Positions 49,421 to 59,137 of a stretch of 64,000 bases of DNA are shown here, one piece after another. Positions within the stretch are counted from its first letter, which is position 1, and every line of letters begins with the position of its first letter. The DNA comes from Lachnospiraceae bacterium (lineage in GTDB: Bacteria; Bacillota; Clostridia; Lachnospirales; Lachnospiraceae). Location of the stretch: positions 267 to 64,266 of the forward strand of contig JAILPR010000229.1 in the NCBI GenBank assembly GCA_024699355.1, read 5' to 3'. The translations under genes were made by a program, and so were the position numbers. The notes under the pieces were generated by a model. The model ran no database searches, was not told the origin of the DNA, and worked only from the letters and a program-made list of their open reading frames with translations.

Positions 49421-50851
49421 ATGGCAGATAAAAAAATGGTAGAAGCGATCACCTCCATGGACGAGGATTTCGCACAATGGTACACAGATGTTGTCAAGAA
49501 AGCAGAGCTGATTGACTATACAAGCGTAAAGGGATGCATGGTCATTCGACCGGCAGGCTATGCGATCTGGGAGAGGATCCAGGCAGAGCTTGACCGCAGA
49601 TTTAAAGAGACCGGCGTTCAGAACGTATATCTGCCCATGTTCATTCCGGAGAGCTTATTACAGAAGGAAAAGGATCATGTAGAGGGCTTTGCACCGGAAG
49701 TCGCCTGGGTAACATACGGAGGACTTCAGCCGCTACAGGAGAGACTTTGCGTCAGACCGACTTCGGAAACCCTATTCTGTGATTATTATAAAAATATCGT
49801 ACATTCCTATCGTGACCTGCCGCAGGTATGCAACCAGTGGTGCTCGGTCGTTCGTTGGGAAAAGGAGACCAGACCGTTCCTTCGCAGCCGTGAGTTCTTA
49901 TGGCAGGAAGGACACACCGCACATGCAACCGCACAGGAAGCGGAAGAGCGTACCATCCAGATGCTGAACATCTATGCGGAGTTTTTGGAGAATGTGCTGG
50001 CGATCCCGGTCATCAAGGGTCAGAAAACAGAGAAAGAAAAATTCGCGGGCGCGGTTGCGACCTATACCGTAGAAGCACAGATGCATGACGGTAAAGCATT
50101 GCAGTCCGGTACCAGTCATAACTTCGGTGACGGCTTTGCCAAGGCATTCGGCATCCAGTTTACCGGCAAGGACAATACGTTGCAGTATGTACATCAGACA
50201 TCCTGGGGTATGACAACCCGTCTGATCGGTGCGCTGATCATGGTTCATGGAGATGACTCCGGTCTGGTACTGCCGCCGAAGGTAGCACCGACACAGGTGA
50301 TGATCATCCCGATCCAGCAGAAGAAAGAAGGCGTCCTGGAAAAAGCCAATGAATTAGCAGAGGTACTTTCCGGATTCCGTGTCAAGGTGGATGATTCCGA
50401 TAAGAGTCCGGGCTGGAAGTTCTCCGAGCAGGAGATGCGTGGCATCCCGCTGCGAATCGAAGTCGGTCCGAAGGATATCGAAGCCGGCAAGTGCGTTGTC
50501 GTACGCAGAGACAACGGCGAGAAGTGCGACGTTGCATTCGGCGATTTACAGGAAACGGTAGAGAAGCTCTTAACACAGATGCAGAGCGATATGCTGGAGC
50601 GCGCAAGAGAGCGTCGCGATGCACAGACCTACGAAGCAAGAACATATGATGAGTTCAAGAAGACCTTCGAAGAGAAGACGGGCTTTGTAAAGGCAATGTG
50701 GTGCGGTGATCAGGCCTGCGAGGATAAGATCAAAGAAGAGCTTGCAGTCACCAGCAGATGTATGCCGTTTGCACAGGAGAAACTTTCCGATGTATGTGTA
50801 TGCTGCGGAAAACCTGCCAAGAAGATGGTATACTGGGGCAAGGCATATTAA
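49421..50851 (+). CDS. proS: Prolyl-tRNA synthetase (archaeal/eukaryote-like short form without editing insertion)
   Basis: [25 protein letters not shown]... N-terminus, class II motifs and C-terminal Zn-binding-type domain ending WGKAY. ATG 49421 has GGAG 6 nt upstream; the ORF-track ATG 49409 has none. Confidence 0.92.
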   Translation: MADKKMVEAITSMDEDFAQWYTDVVKKAELIDYTSVKGCMVIRPAGYAIWERIQAELDRRFKETGVQNVYLPMFIPESLLQKEKDHVEGFAPEVAWVTYGGLQPLQERLCVRPTSETLFCDYYKNIVHSYRDLPQVCNQWCSVVRWEKETRPFLRSREFLWQEGHTAHATAQEAEERTIQMLNIYAEFLENVLAIPVIKGQKTEKEKFAGAVATYTVEAQMHDGKALQSGTSHNFGDGFAKAFGIQFTGKDNTLQYVHQTSWGMTTRLIGALIMVHGDDSGLVLPPKVAPTQVMIIPIQQKKEGVLEKANELAEVLSGFRVKVDDSDKSPGWKFSEQEMRGIPLRIEVGPKDIEAGKCVVVRRDNGEKCDVAFGDLQETVEKLLTQMQSDMLERARERRDAQTYEARTYDEFKKTFEEKTGFVKAMWCGDQACEDKIKEELAVTSRCMPFAQEKLSDVCVCCGKPAKKMVYWGKAY

Positions 50852-50863
50852 GAACAATGATCA

Positions 50864-50894
50864 GGGGACGTTCCGTACGGAAGGTCCCCTTTTT
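50864..50894 (+). terminator. Rho-independent terminator after proS
   Basis: GGGGACgTTCCG-ta-CGGAAgGTCCCC (one internal mismatch) followed by TTTTT. Confidence 0.8.
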
Positions 50895-50946
50895 ACTGCC
50901 AAAATCAAACCGCAGAGGAGCAGAGAGATTGTGTTATACTACAGAT

Positions 50947-52293
50947 ATGAGTAAAAAAATCACACTGCCACAGGCAGTTTCGACAATTTTAGAGACCCTG
51001 CAGCAGGCCGGTTTTGAAGCCTATGCAGTCGGTGGCTGCGTGCGTGATGTGCTGATGGGGCGCACTCCTGCGGACTGGGATATTACGACAAGCGCCAGAC
51101 CGCAACAGGTCAAAGCCCTCTTTCGCCGCACGATCGATACCGGGATCCAGCATGGAACCGTGACGGTGATGGTCGGAGATGACGGTTTTGAGGTAACGAC
51201 GTACCGGATCGACGGGGAGTATCTTGATGGCAGACATCCGGAAGAGGTAACCTTTACGGCGAGTCTGAGTGAAGATTTAAAGCGCAGGGATTTTACGATC
51301 AATGCAATGGCGTATAATGACGAGAGCGGACTGGTGGATCTCTTTGGCGGACAGGAAGATCTGGCTGCGGGGATGATCCGGTGCGTCGGCACGGCAAGAG
51401 AGCGCTTTCGCGAGGACGCACTGCGGATGATGCGGGCAGTGCGTTTTTCGGCACAGTTCGGCTATGAGATCGAAGCAGAGACGCTGGATGCAATGAAGGA
51501 ACTTGCACCAAACCTTGCCAAGGTCAGTGCGGAGCGGATTCAGACAGAACTGTTAAAGCTCGCGGTATCGGCGCATCCGGAGATGCTTCGGGTGGCGTAT
51601 GAAAGCGGGCTGACGGCAGTTTTTTTCCCGGAATTTAATGTCGCGATGGAGACGCCGCAACATTCTCCGCACCATTGTTACAGCGTGGGGGAGCACACCC
51701 TGCACGCGATGATGCAGATCCGTGCGGATAAGGTGCTGCGCCTTGCGATGTTGTTTCATGATATTGCAAAGCCTGTCTGCAAAAGTACCGATGCACAGGG
51801 GATCGATCATTTTAAAGGACATCCGGCAAAAGGTGCGGAGATGACCAGGCAGATATTGCGCCGCCTGAAGTTTGACAATGATACCATCGCAAAAACCTGT
51901 CGTCTGGTGCAGTATCATGACTGGGAGATCCATGCGGAAGAGACGCCGCGGGCGCTCAGAAGAGCGGTAGCGAGGATCGGAGAGCAGTATTTCCCGGAGA
52001 TGTTTGAAGTCAATCGTGCGGATATCCTGGCACAACATCCGGAAGGACAGGCGCAAAAACTGGCGAAGATCGCAGCGCTGGAGACCATTTATCGGGATGT
52101 GACCGCAAAGAAACAATGTCTTTCGCTAAAAGATCTGGCGGTCAAAGGATCCGATCTGATCGCAGCGGGGTTAACACCCGGAAAAGGGCTGGGTGATGTC
52201 CTGCAGCGGATGCTGGAAGATGTGATCGAAGAGCCATCACACAATGAAGCGGCATATTTACTTTCACATGTAAAAGACTTTCAAGAGGGGTAG
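50947..52293 (+). CDS. cca: CCA-adding tRNA nucleotidyltransferase with C-terminal HD domain
   Basis: AVGGCVRDVLMGR...DWDITT, RRDFTINAMA and FHDIAKP motifs. Start at ATG 50947 (MSKKITLPQ...). The ORF-track start 50758 overlaps proS and the terminator. Confidence 0.88.
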   Translation: MSKKITLPQAVSTILETLQQAGFEAYAVGGCVRDVLMGRTPADWDITTSARPQQVKALFRRTIDTGIQHGTVTVMVGDDGFEVTTYRIDGEYLDGRHPEEVTFTASLSEDLKRRDFTINAMAYNDESGLVDLFGGQEDLAAGMIRCVGTARERFREDALRMMRAVRFSAQFGYEIEAETLDAMKELAPNLAKVSAERIQTELLKLAVSAHPEMLRVAYESGLTAVFFPEFNVAMETPQHSPHHCYSVGEHTLHAMMQIRADKVLRLAMLFHDIAKPVCKSTDAQGIDHFKGHPAKGAEMTRQILRRLKFDNDTIAKTCRLVQYHDWEIHAEETPRALRRAVARIGEQYFPEMFEVNRADILAQHPEGQAQKLAKIAALETIYRDVTAKKQCLSLKDLAVKGSDLIAAGLTPGKGLGDVLQRMLEDVIEEPSHNEAAYLLSHVKDFQEG

Positions 52294-52296
52294 ACC

Positions 52297-53661
52297 ATGA
52301 GCGTCAACAAACGGAGACCGGAGCAGATGGGGCATCCGGGAAAAAGCGGAAAGCGTACGGCGCGGATCCTGATACTGAGCGGGCTGATCGCCATGCTGCT
52401 CTCCGGCTGCAGTCTGACGCAGACGCAGAGCGATACGAGTCAGGCAGAACTGACGGGGCCGATCATGGATGAGCCGGGGACGTATGACTCGGCGGATACC
52501 GCGATCATCACGGCGATCGATCAGACGGCAAAGACCATCACCTTATATAATCCGGAGCATGACAAATCCTATACATTAACGTACAGCGGGATCAGTTGCT
52601 TCTATGATAAATACGGAAACGGCATTTCGTCGACCCAGCTGCAGGCAGGGGAGATCGTGGATCTGACGTTCTATAAAGCGGGGAAGCGCTTAAATACCAT
52701 GCAGCGATCTCCGGACGCCTGGAATTATGCGGAGTGGACAAATTTCGAGATCAATTCCTACGGCAATCAGATTTCAATCGGCAGTGCGCTCTATACCCTG
52801 CCGGCCAATGTCAAAGTGCTCTCCTTAGGAGAAGAGATCACGCTAGAGGATCTGGATGCGCAGGATCAGGTTAGCATCTACGGCATGGATTCGAAGGTGT
52901 ACAGCATTGTGGTGGAGCGTGGACACGGGTATCTGCGGCTGGAAAATGATACCTTCTTTTATGATGGCTGGATTGAGGTCGGGACCAAGGTGATCTCCAA
53001 GGTTGAAGAAAACATGCTTCTGACGGTACCGGAAGGAACGCAGAATGTCGTCATCAGCAACAAGGGCGTGAGCGGCACAAAGACCGTACACATCGAACGG
53101 GGCAAAGAAGTGACCCTGGATGTCGGGGATCTGCAAGGCGAGATCTCCGAGAGCGGCACGGTCATCTTTACCATTTCGCCGAGTGATGCGTATCTGTATA
53201 TTGACGGGGAAAAAGCGGATGCCTCGAAGCCTGTGACCTTATCCTACGGAATCCATCAGCTGATCATCCGGGCGGAAGGCTATCAGACGGTCACACAGTA
53301 TCTGAATGTCGGTCAGGCCAGTGCGGGCGTGGATATCGAATTGCAGAAAAAAGAAATGGATACGGAAGAGAGTAGCGAGAGTACAGAGAATAGTGATGTC
53401 TCCGGCAATGATACGTCCGGTACGACAACGGATACCATAAGTACGACCAGTTATTATGTTTCGATCACGGCGCCGTCGGACGTGGAAGTCTATCTGGACG
53501 GAAACTATGTCGGCTTATCGCCATGCGAGTTTAAAAAGGAAGCGGGACTCCATACGATCCTGCTTCGCAAGAGCGGATATCAGTCCAAAACCTATACGGT
53601 TCAGATCGATGAGGATGCCAAAAATATCACGTACAGCTTCCCGGATCTGATCGCGGAGTAA
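52297..53661 (+). CDS. Lipoprotein with two C-terminal PEGA-like domains
   Basis: Lipobox LLSGC after a basic N-terminus. PEGA-type segments are ISPSDAYLYIDGEK...LIIRAEGYQTVTQYLNV and TAPSDVEVYLDGNY...ILLRKSGYQSKTYTVQI. Confidence 0.72.
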   Translation: MSVNKRRPEQMGHPGKSGKRTARILILSGLIAMLLSGCSLTQTQSDTSQAELTGPIMDEPGTYDSADTAIITAIDQTAKTITLYNPEHDKSYTLTYSGISCFYDKYGNGISSTQLQAGEIVDLTFYKAGKRLNTMQRSPDAWNYAEWTNFEINSYGNQISIGSALYTLPANVKVLSLGEEITLEDLDAQDQVSIYGMDSKVYSIVVERGHGYLRLENDTFFYDGWIEVGTKVISKVEENMLLTVPEGTQNVVISNKGVSGTKTVHIERGKEVTLDVGDLQGEISESGTVIFTISPSDAYLYIDGEKADASKPVTLSYGIHQLIIRAEGYQTVTQYLNVGQASAGVDIELQKKEMDTEESSESTENSDVSGNDTSGTTTDTISTTSYYVSITAPSDVEVYLDGNYVGLSPCEFKKEAGLHTILLRKSGYQSKTYTVQIDEDAKNITYSFPDLIAE

Positions 53662-53719
53662 AAATCCGTCAAAAAGGGGTGAAAAAGTCCGAAAAAGCGT
53701 GAAAATAAGCCAAAAATTA

Positions 53720-53748
53720 TTGACAAAGCACCTAAAAACCTCTATAAA
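53720..53748 (+). promoter_or_regulatory. Sigma-A-type promoter of hup
   Basis: TTGACA (53720-53725), 17-nt spacer, TATAAA (53743-53748). It predicts a ~100-nt 5' UTR. Confidence 0.6.
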
Positions 53749-53853
53749 TGATTATAGTGGTTTTCAATTGACGGGGGGCATAATAATTCACTTAAGCCTG
53801 TTATTTGAAAAGCGCATGAATTAAAGAAAACTCACTGATAGGAGGAAATTGAA

Positions 53854-54132
53854 ATGAACAAGACAGAATTGGTTGCAGCTATCGCAGAGAGCGCTGGTTT
53901 ATCCAAGAAGGATTCTGAGAAGGCTCTGAAGGCTTTCACAGATGCAGTTGCAGCAGAATTAAAGAAGGGTGGCAAGGTTCAGTTAGTTGGCTTTGGTACT
54001 TTCGAAGTTTCCAAGAGAGCTGCAAGAGAGGGTAGAAATCCTCAGAGTGGCGCTGTTATGAAGATTCCGGCATCTAAGGCTCCGAAGTTCAAAGCTGGTA
54101 AGGCATTAAAGGATTCTCTTAACAAGAAGTAA
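53854..54132 (+). CDS. hup: Nucleoid-associated DNA-binding protein HU
   Basis: MNKTELVAAIAE...GFGTFEVSKRAAREGRNPQSG...KFKAGKALKD, a canonical HU sequence. AGGAGG RBS. Confidence 0.96.
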   Translation: MNKTELVAAIAESAGLSKKDSEKALKAFTDAVAAELKKGGKVQLVGFGTFEVSKRAAREGRNPQSGAVMKIPASKAPKFKAGKALKDSLNKK

Positions 54133-54150
54133 TCAATTGTTTTGAAGATA

Positions 54151-54185
54151 AAAGCCTGTGGCATTGCCACAGGCTTTTCCTTTTC
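54151..54185 (+). terminator. Rho-independent terminator after hup
   Basis: AAAGCCTGTGGC-att-GCCACAGGCTTT (12-bp perfect stem) followed by TCCTTTTCC. Confidence 0.85.
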
Positions 54186-54200
54186 CGGGGAGGAAATCGA

Positions 54201-54440
54201 ATGAGATTAGATAAATATTTAAAAGTCTCCAGGATCATCAAACGCCGTACGGTAGCCAATGAGGCGTGTGACGGCGGACGTGTGCAGGTCAACGGTCGTG
54301 TGGCCAAGGCATCGCAGGAGATCAAGGTTGGAGATGAGATCACGATCAACTTTGGGAACAAAGACGTGAAGGTTCGCGTCCTGGACGTGGCGGAGACGGT
54401 ACGAAAAGAAGAAGCCAAAGAGATGTTTGAATATCTATAA
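54201..54440 (+). CDS. yabO: S4-domain RNA-binding protein YabO/RqcP-like
   Basis: MRLDKYLKVSRIIKRRTVANEACDGGRVQVNGRVAKAS... closely parallels B. subtilis YabO (MRLDKFLKVSRLIKRRTLAKE...). Confidence 0.85.
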   Translation: MRLDKYLKVSRIIKRRTVANEACDGGRVQVNGRVAKASQEIKVGDEITINFGNKDVKVRVLDVAETVRKEEAKEMFEYL

Positions 54441-54460
54441 GCCCGTAAAATAAGGGGTTC

Positions 54461-54489
54461 TTGACGTGATTCGTGCATTCGACTAAGAT
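54461..54489 (+). promoter_or_regulatory. Candidate promoter for the divIC-like gene
   Basis: TTGACG (54461-54466), 17-nt spacer, TAAGAT (54484-54489). The predicted TSS is downstream of the ORF-track ATG 54473. Confidence 0.45.
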
Positions 54490-54586
54490 AAAAGAAAGAA
54501 ACAAACAGGTGCCGGATGAGGAACTCACGAAACGGATGGAACCGGGCAGGAGGGATTCGTCATCCGAAACAGAAGAGGGGCAGGAC

Positions 54587-54901
54587 ATGGCGCGCAGGAA
54601 AAAAGCGGCATATCGCAGAAAAAAACAGAATAAATTTGCGATCTTCCTGGTCACTGCAGTACTGTTGATGCTTGTGGTAGCGGTTGGCTACAAAAGCAGA
54701 GAACTTCAGGAAACCTCGAAGGCCTATGCGAAGCAGGAGGGTGAACTGCAAAGCAAGATCGATTCCGAAAAAGAACGCAGTGTCGATCTGGAAGAATACG
54801 AAAAGCTGACGCAGACCAGAGGCTTTAAGGAAGAATACGCAGAAGAGAATTTGAATCTGGTACATGATGACCAGATCTTATTCCAGATCGGAGATGACTA
54901 A
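54587..54901 (+). CDS. divIC: Septum formation initiator (DivIC/FtsB family)
   Basis: Basic N-terminus, one TM (FAIFLVTAVLLMLVVAVGY), coiled-coil region, then the conserved ...EEYAEENLNLVHDDQILF tail. Start at ATG 54587 (GAGGGG upstream) is preferred over 54473. Confidence 0.7.
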   Translation: MARRKKAAYRRKKQNKFAIFLVTAVLLMLVVAVGYKSRELQETSKAYAKQEGELQSKIDSEKERSVDLEEYEKLTQTRGFKEEYAEENLNLVHDDQILFQIGDD

Positions 54902-54955
54902 ACAGCAGCACGGAGCTTAGGCAAGTGCTGCTGATTTCTTTATCGGAGGAGAGAT

Positions 54956-56440
54956 GTGCGCGATCTGATCACAGAGAAAGTAATGACATATTGTGAGCAG
55001 GCACAGTTGATCGCACCGGGCGATCATGTGGTGGTCGGTATATCGGGCGGACCGGATTCGGTTTGCCTTTTTCTGATGCTGCAACAGATGCGCGAGAGCT
55101 GTCCGTTTGCGCTGCGTATGGTACATGTTCATCATGGGATCCGCAGTGAAGCCGAGGAAGATCTGCAGTTTGTGGAAGCACTGGGCAGGCGCTATCAGGT
55201 GCCGTGCCGCATCTTTCGGGAAGACGTACCGGCCTATGCCAAGGCGCAGAAGTTGACGGAAGAAGAGGCCGGAAGAGAGGTGCGCTACCGGGACCTCGAA
55301 GAAGAGAGAGTTGCCTGGATGCAGGAAGAGGGCGGCGAAGATGCGACCTATAAGATCGCAACGGCGCATCATTTAAATGATCAGGCAGAGACCGTACTGA
55401 TGCATTTGTTTCGCGGAAGCGGGCTGCGGGGCCTGACCGGCATGCGGGCAAAGCGTCTGCCGTTGATCAGGCCGCTGTTGTGCCTGACCAAAGTGGAGAT
55501 CCTCGCTTATCTGGAGCAGGAAGGGGAGCCGTATTGTATCGACCGGACCAATGCAGATCAGCGATATCTTCGAAACCGGATCCGCAATCGGATCCTGCCG
55601 GAGTTAGAGACACAGGTTACGCAGGACGTGCAGGCACATATCGCGCAGACTGCGCAGATCCTGCAGGAAGCAGAGGACTATCTCGCCGCGCAGATCGATC
55701 AGGCCTATTGGCAGGCGAGGCTGCAGGATAGACTTTTCCGGGTCAGTCAGCTGCAGCAGCTGGCGCCTTTTTTGCAGAAAGAAGTGTTGCGAAAAGCCAT
55801 TGCGGAAAGCGGTGCGGGAGAAAAGGATCTGACCTATCGAAATCTGTGTGCGGTCGCAGCGCTCCTGACATCGAACGAGGGCGGAAAGGTTTCGCTGCCG
55901 CACGGCGTGGTGGCGACGCGTCGCTATGATGTTTTGGAGATCACAAAGGATGAAGCACAGGCGAGTCTGGGGGCACAGTACCTTCGGGAGAAGGGGCTTT
56001 TTTTAAGTTATGCACCGGAGCGGCCGCACTTGATCAGCGGGGTTTGCGGGGAAGAAGCAGGTGCGCAGCGCTGTACCGGGAAGATACGGGGAGGCGTGAG
56101 TGATGCGCAAACTCTTGAAAATACGCAGATTTCAGCGGGAGAAAACGTATATACACAGTTTTTTGATTATGATAAAATGAACCCAAATCTGATCCTTCGG
56201 CATCGCGAAGAGGGCGATTATCTGATCATTGATCGGGAGGGGCACAAGAAGAGCCTCCACCGTTTTTTGATCGATGAAAAGATTCCGAAGGAACTGCGGG
56301 AGATGCTTTGGGTGGTGGCGGATGAGTCGCACATCGTCTGGATCCCGGGGTACCGGGTAGGAAGTGATGTGGCGGTGACAGCGCAGACCCGCAGGATACT
56401 TTCATTATCGCTAAAGGAAGATGCACAGGCAGGATCATAA
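54956..56440 (+). CDS. tilS: tRNA(Ile)-lysidine synthase
   Basis: PP-loop VVVGISGGPDSVCL; position before hpt-ftsH. A GTG start is assumed at 54956; ATG 54983 is an alternative. Confidence 0.9.
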   Translation: MRDLITEKVMTYCEQAQLIAPGDHVVVGISGGPDSVCLFLMLQQMRESCPFALRMVHVHHGIRSEAEEDLQFVEALGRRYQVPCRIFREDVPAYAKAQKLTEEEAGREVRYRDLEEERVAWMQEEGGEDATYKIATAHHLNDQAETVLMHLFRGSGLRGLTGMRAKRLPLIRPLLCLTKVEILAYLEQEGEPYCIDRTNADQRYLRNRIRNRILPELETQVTQDVQAHIAQTAQILQEAEDYLAAQIDQAYWQARLQDRLFRVSQLQQLAPFLQKEVLRKAIAESGAGEKDLTYRNLCAVAALLTSNEGGKVSLPHGVVATRRYDVLEITKDEAQASLGAQYLREKGLFLSYAPERPHLISGVCGEEAGAQRCTGKIRGGVSDAQTLENTQISAGENVYTQFFDYDKMNPNLILRHREEGDYLIIDREGHKKSLHRFLIDEKIPKELREMLWVVADESHIVWIPGYRVGSDVAVTAQTRRILSLSLKEDAQAGS

Positions 56441-56463
56441 ATTTGCAGTATGGAGGATAGATC

Positions 56464-57000
56464 ATGGCAGAAAAGATTCGCGTAATGATCGAAGAGGAGA
56501 AAGTAAATCAGAGAATTAAGGAACTGGGCGAGCAGATCAGTAAGGACTATGCCGGCAAACAGGTACATTTGGTATGTGTATTAAAGGGCGGCGCATTCTT
56601 CATGTGTGAGCTTGCAAAGCGGATCACCGTTCCGGTTTCTCTGGACTTTATGTCGGTATCGAGCTACGGCTCTGCGACCAAGTCCAGCGGTGTGGTCAGG
56701 ATCGTCAAGGATCTGGACGAGCCGCTGAAGGATCAGGATGTGCTGGTCGTGGAAGATATCGTGGACTCCGGCAGAACCTTAAGTTATCTGCTGGAGATGC
56801 TGCGTGACAGAGGCCCAAAGAGTGTACGGCTGTGTACACTGCTTGATAAGCCGGATCGCAGAGTGAAAGATGTACATGTGGACTATACGGGATTTGAAAT
56901 TCCGGATGAGTTTGTCGTAGGGTATGGTCTCGATTATGATCAGAGATATCGTAACCTGCCTTACATCGGTGTGGTAGAGCTTGAAGATGATGCAAACTAA
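56464..57000 (+). CDS. hpt: Hypoxanthine phosphoribosyltransferase
   Basis: PRPP-binding VLVVEDIVDSGRTL; 178 aa. Confidence 0.95.
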   Translation: MAEKIRVMIEEEKVNQRIKELGEQISKDYAGKQVHLVCVLKGGAFFMCELAKRITVPVSLDFMSVSSYGSATKSSGVVRIVKDLDEPLKDQDVLVVEDIVDSGRTLSYLLEMLRDRGPKSVRLCTLLDKPDRRVKDVHVDYTGFEIPDEFVVGYGLDYDQRYRNLPYIGVVELEDDAN

Positions 57001-57125
57001 AGATCTTTAAAGCCCCAGTGACCGAAACTGTGCAGAAATCCGGGCTGCGCAAACCGTAAAAGCGGAAAATCACCGGAAATGGGATCTTATCCGAGGGGGA
57101 TGAGGTCAGACAGGGGATTCATACA

Positions 57126-58934
57126 TTGAAACAAAATAAGAACAGCCAGGGATTCGGACTCTATTTTATTGTGTTGATCTTTCTTGTGATCGCAGCGATC
57201 TATTTCAGCACATTAAATGCAGGAAGAACGACAAGTTACACAGAGCGTGATATGACGGTTGCGCTCGAAAGCGAGCAGGTCGTCAGCGCGGTGATCGAGC
57301 CGAGCAGCGTGACACCGACCGGTAAAGTGATCCTGTCCCTAAAAGACGGTTCGGTAGAGACCTTAAATGTCACGAACATTGAAAGTGCGCAGGATACACT
57401 GGTATCGTACGGAATCTATCCGACGATCCGTGAGGTGGAGGCGGACAATTGGTTCCTCTCCAGCGTGTTGCCCCTGCTTGTGGGGGCAGTTGTCCTCGTC
57501 TTTATTTTCGTTATGATCAACAATCAGTCGGCAGGCGCCAATAGTCGTCTGATGAACTTCGGCAAGAGCCGTGCACAGATGTCCATGGGAGACGGAAAGA
57601 TCACCTTTGCGGACGTGGCCGGTCTGCAGGAAGAAAAAGAAGATCTGGAAGAAATCGTAGAATTTTTAAAATCGCCGGCAAAGTTTACCAAGGTCGGTGC
57701 GAGAATCCCGAAGGGCGTGCTGATGGAAGGTGCACCGGGTACCGGTAAAACGCTTCTGGCCAAGGCCGTTGCGGGCGAAGCGAAAGTTCCGTTCTTTAGC
57801 ATTTCGGGTTCCGATTTCGTAGAGATGTATGTCGGCGTCGGAGCTTCCCGTGTCAGAGACCTGTTCGCGGAAGCAAAGAAGCATGCACCGTGTATCGTGT
57901 TTATCGATGAGATCGATGCGGTCGCAAGACAGCGAGGTGCGGGTCTCGGCGGCGGTCATGACGAGCGTGAGCAGACCTTAAACCAGTTGCTTGTCGAAAT
58001 GGATGGCTTTGGCGTAAATGAAGGTATCATCGTGATGGCAGCGACCAACCGTGTCGATATCTTAGACCATGCGATCCTGCGTCCGGGACGTTTTGACAGA
58101 CGGATCACCGTCGGCAGACCGGATGTGGCGGGACGTAAAGAGATTTTAAATGTCCATGCAAAAAACAAGCCGCTCGGAGACGATGTGAATCTCGAAGAGA
58201 TCGCGCAGACGACCGCAGGCTTTACGGGTGCGGATCTGGAGAACCTCTTAAACGAGGCAGCCATCCGCGCTGCGAGAGAAGACCGGAAGTATGTGACCCA
58301 GGATGATATTAAGAAAGCACTGATCAAAGTCGGGATCGGCGCAGAGAAAAAGAGCAAGATCATTTCCGAGAAAGAAAAGAAGATCACGGCGTTCCACGAG
58401 GCAGGTCATGCGATCCTCTTTCATGTACTGCCGGATGTCGGACCGGTCTTTACCGTATCCATCATCCCGACAGGTCTTGGGGCAGCAGGCTATACGATGC
58501 CACTGCCGGAGAAGGATGAAATGTTCCTGACCAAGAGTAAGATGCTGCAGGAGATCATGGTATCTCTGGGCGGCAGAATTGCGGAAGAGATCATTTTCGG
58601 AGATATCACGACAGGGGCTTCCTCCGATATCAAGAAAGCGACCAAAGTCGCACGTCAGATGGTGACACGCTATGGGATGTCGGATCATATCGGCGTGGTT
58701 TGCTATGACGAGGAAGAGGAAGTTTTTATCGGAAGAGACTACGGTCATCCGAAGAATCACAGTGAAGAGATCGCCGGTGAGATTGATAAAGAAGTGAAGG
58801 CGATCATCGAAGATTGCTATCAGAAGGCGAAGAAGATCATCCTGGAGCATGAGGATGTATTGCATCATTGTGCAGAGCTTCTGATCGAGAAAGAAAAGAT
58901 TGGACAGGAAGAGTTCGAGGCACTTTTTGTATAA
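57126..58934 (+). CDS. ftsH: ATP-dependent zinc metalloprotease FtsH
   Basis: Two TM helices, Walker [22 protein letters not shown] region, HEAGHA zinc site. TTG start with AGGGGA upstream. Confidence 0.97.
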   Translation: MKQNKNSQGFGLYFIVLIFLVIAAIYFSTLNAGRTTSYTERDMTVALESEQVVSAVIEPSSVTPTGKVILSLKDGSVETLNVTNIESAQDTLVSYGIYPTIREVEADNWFLSSVLPLLVGAVVLVFIFVMINNQSAGANSRLMNFGKSRAQMSMGDGKITFADVAGLQEEKEDLEEIVEFLKSPAKFTKVGARIPKGVLMEGAPGTGKTLLAKAVAGEAKVPFFSISGSDFVEMYVGVGASRVRDLFAEAKKHAPCIVFIDEIDAVARQRGAGLGGGHDEREQTLNQLLVEMDGFGVNEGIIVMAATNRVDILDHAILRPGRFDRRITVGRPDVAGRKEILNVHAKNKPLGDDVNLEEIAQTTAGFTGADLENLLNEAAIRAAREDRKYVTQDDIKKALIKVGIGAEKKSKIISEKEKKITAFHEAGHAILFHVLPDVGPVFTVSIIPTGLGAAGYTMPLPEKDEMFLTKSKMLQEIMVSLGGRIAEEIIFGDITTGASSDIKKATKVARQMVTRYGMSDHIGVVCYDEEEEVFIGRDYGHPKNHSEEIAGEIDKEVKAIIEDCYQKAKKIILEHEDVLHHCAELLIEKEKIGQEEFEALFV

Positions 58935-58992
58935 TATTACTAAATTTGAAACACCAAATTTGTAATATTTGTGAAAACGGCATCTTGTTTGC

Positions 58993-59030
58993 GGGGGGTA
59001 CGAGTGTTAGTATACTACTTGTAACCCCCC
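58993..59030 (+). other. Strong GC-clamped hairpin in the ftsH 3' region (function unknown)
   Basis: GGGGGG-TAC-GAGT ... ACTT-GTA-(A bulge)-CCCCCC: about 13 bp, 11-nt loop. The T-rich tract starts only 7 nt after the stem, so it is not a canonical terminator. Confidence 0.5.
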
Positions 59031-59084
59031 AATACATTTTATAGTTTTTTGCTATACCCCATAAGAAAGAAATACCTTCTCTAA

Positions 59085-59114
59085 AAAAGACAGTTTACCC
59101 AAACTGTCTTTTTT
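59085..59114 (+). terminator. Rho-independent terminator (ftsH transcription unit)
   Basis: AAAAGACAGTTT-accc-AAACTGTCTTTT (12-bp perfect stem) running into a T-run. Confidence 0.8.
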
Positions 59115-59137
59115 ACTTTATGTGGTATATTTAGAAT

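Noticed and set aside
58972-58985. cre-like site TGAAAACGGCATCT upstream of the GH13 gene
   Set aside because: It has two mismatches to TGWAANCGNTNWCA at informative positions. It is also separated from the GH13 start by two hairpins, one of which is a canonical terminator. It is kept only as a comment in the intergenic finding.
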